Shown here one piece after another: positions 62,575-64,000 of a stretch of DNA of 64,000 nt. Location: NCBI RefSeq assembly GCF_009914755.1, contig NC_060939.1; one strand, given 5' to 3'. Under the pieces are notes generated by a model that was not told the origin of the DNA, ran no database searches, and saw nothing but the letters and a program-made list of their open reading frames with translations. A program made the position numbers and the translations under genes. Source of the stretch: the human T2T-CHM13v2.0 reference genome, Homo sapiens. Positions within the stretch are counted from its first letter, which is position 1, and each line of letters opens with the position of its first letter.

Positions 62575-62900
62575 GGCCGGGCGCAGTGGCTCACACCTGT
62601 AATCCCAGCACTTTGGGAGGCCAAGGCTGGCAGATCACCTGAGGTCAGGAGTTCGAGACCAGCCTGACCAATATGGTCAAACCCCATCTCTACTAAAAAA
62701 ACAAAAATTAGCCGGTTGCGGTATCAGATGCCTGTAATCCCAGATAATCAGGAGGCCGAGGCAGGAAAATAGCTTGCACCTGGAAGACGGAGGTTGCAGT
62801 AAGCTGAGATGGCACCACTGCACTCCAGCCTGGGCGACAGAGCAAAACTCCGCCTCAAAAAATAAAGGAAAATAAAATAAAATATAAATATAAATACATA
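62575..62900 (+). mobile_element. Alu (AluSx-like)
   Basis: Full dimer. Confidence 0.96.
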
Positions 62901-64000
62901 AATAAAATTCTAAATTATTATCCACATAATTTTTACTCATAGTCTCCCCTGAAAATTCTCACAGACCCTAAGGGGTCCATAGACCACTTTGAAAATAACT
63001 TTTTTGCAACAATTAAAAACAATGAACTGCTAACGGATGCATCATACAGGTACAACGTTAAACAAAAGAAGCCAGGCACAAAGGAGAACATATTGTGTAA
63101 TTCCATTTATATAACTTTCAAGAACAGGCTACATTGCACTACGGAAGAAGTCAGAATAATGGCTACCTATGCAGGTTGGAGGAGGAAGGGAATTAACTGA
63201 GAAAGTTCATGGGGGAAAGGACTTCTGGTTCTATATTTTGATTTGGGTAATGGTTTGTGCATTTCACTGTATGAATGTCAATGTCATACTTTAATTAAAA
63301 TATAAAAAGAATATAAACCCTACAGAATAGCTTCCTAATGAAACATTTCTATATTTAGAAGTATTTGATTAAGCATCTTCTAACACTTTTATGCAACAAA
63401 ACCATAGGCAATGGGTCAACTTTAGGAAAGAATTCATAGCACTGAGAATCTGGAAATTCTACTTTGAAAATGATGGAGTATAACATTTATTTCGCATTTA
63501 ATATTTCAATTGTTAAGTACATTTGTATTTATATGTATTTATTTCAATAGATGATTAGTTCCTTAAAGGTAGGAATGTATTTCATGTCTGTTATACTACA
63601 GAATCTGGTACACAGTAGGTGACATTGATTTATTTTCTCATTCATTCATGCAATAAAGATTTCTTTAACATTTATGTGTAAGGTGCTTGCTAGTTCCTGG
63701 GTATATAATGATGGGTCGGTGTGGGGCTCAATAAATTCCTGTTAATAACTGATTGATAATTATCAGCTACATTTCAGAAAAAGTATAACTCTCTTTTCTC
63801 CTGAATTCCGAGTACAGGGGCACTACAGATTTTAACCTTGTTGTAAAAATAACGACACAAAAACACAGAGATGAATTAACTGACTTCTTAGGGTGATGCA
63901 CTTGCTCATGAGTGGGGCAAGGATTAAAATGGTTACAGCTTCTTTCCTGGACTGAGGTGCTAGGGGAATTCATTCAGATTGATTCGGGTTCATATTTCAT

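Overview
Primate (very probably human) non-coding DNA, mostly transposon-derived. It holds 37 Alu copies or fragments (27 on +, 10 on -), several large and mostly + strand old L1 blocks, L2/MIR relics, MaLR/ERVL solo LTRs, and hAT/Tigger DNA-transposon relics. The only recognisable gene-derived sequence is a processed retrocopy of ACBD7 (ACBP/DBI family). It has an intact 88-codon ORF (27543-27809) and a 13-bp target-site duplication, and sits inside an L1MB with a later L1PB inserted in its 3' UTR. No host-gene exon could be identified with confidence. The + strand bias of L1s suggests, by inference, an intron of a minus-strand gene. Three repeat-free, motif-dense islands (about 12.6-13.3 kb, 49.5-50.4 kb and 52.6-53.7 kb) are candidate enhancers. 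I found no evidence of a new multi-gene system. The most unusual structures are: (1) an Alu-MIR-Alu composite bracketed by a single TSD, a candidate Alu 3' transduction; (2) the ancient ACBD7 retrocopy with its ORF still open; (3) a 21-nt orphan insert with a TSD; (4) an unclassified LTR-like 346-bp insert; (5) several template-switch scars. Repeat subfamily names come from recalled consensus sequences and boundaries are approximate.
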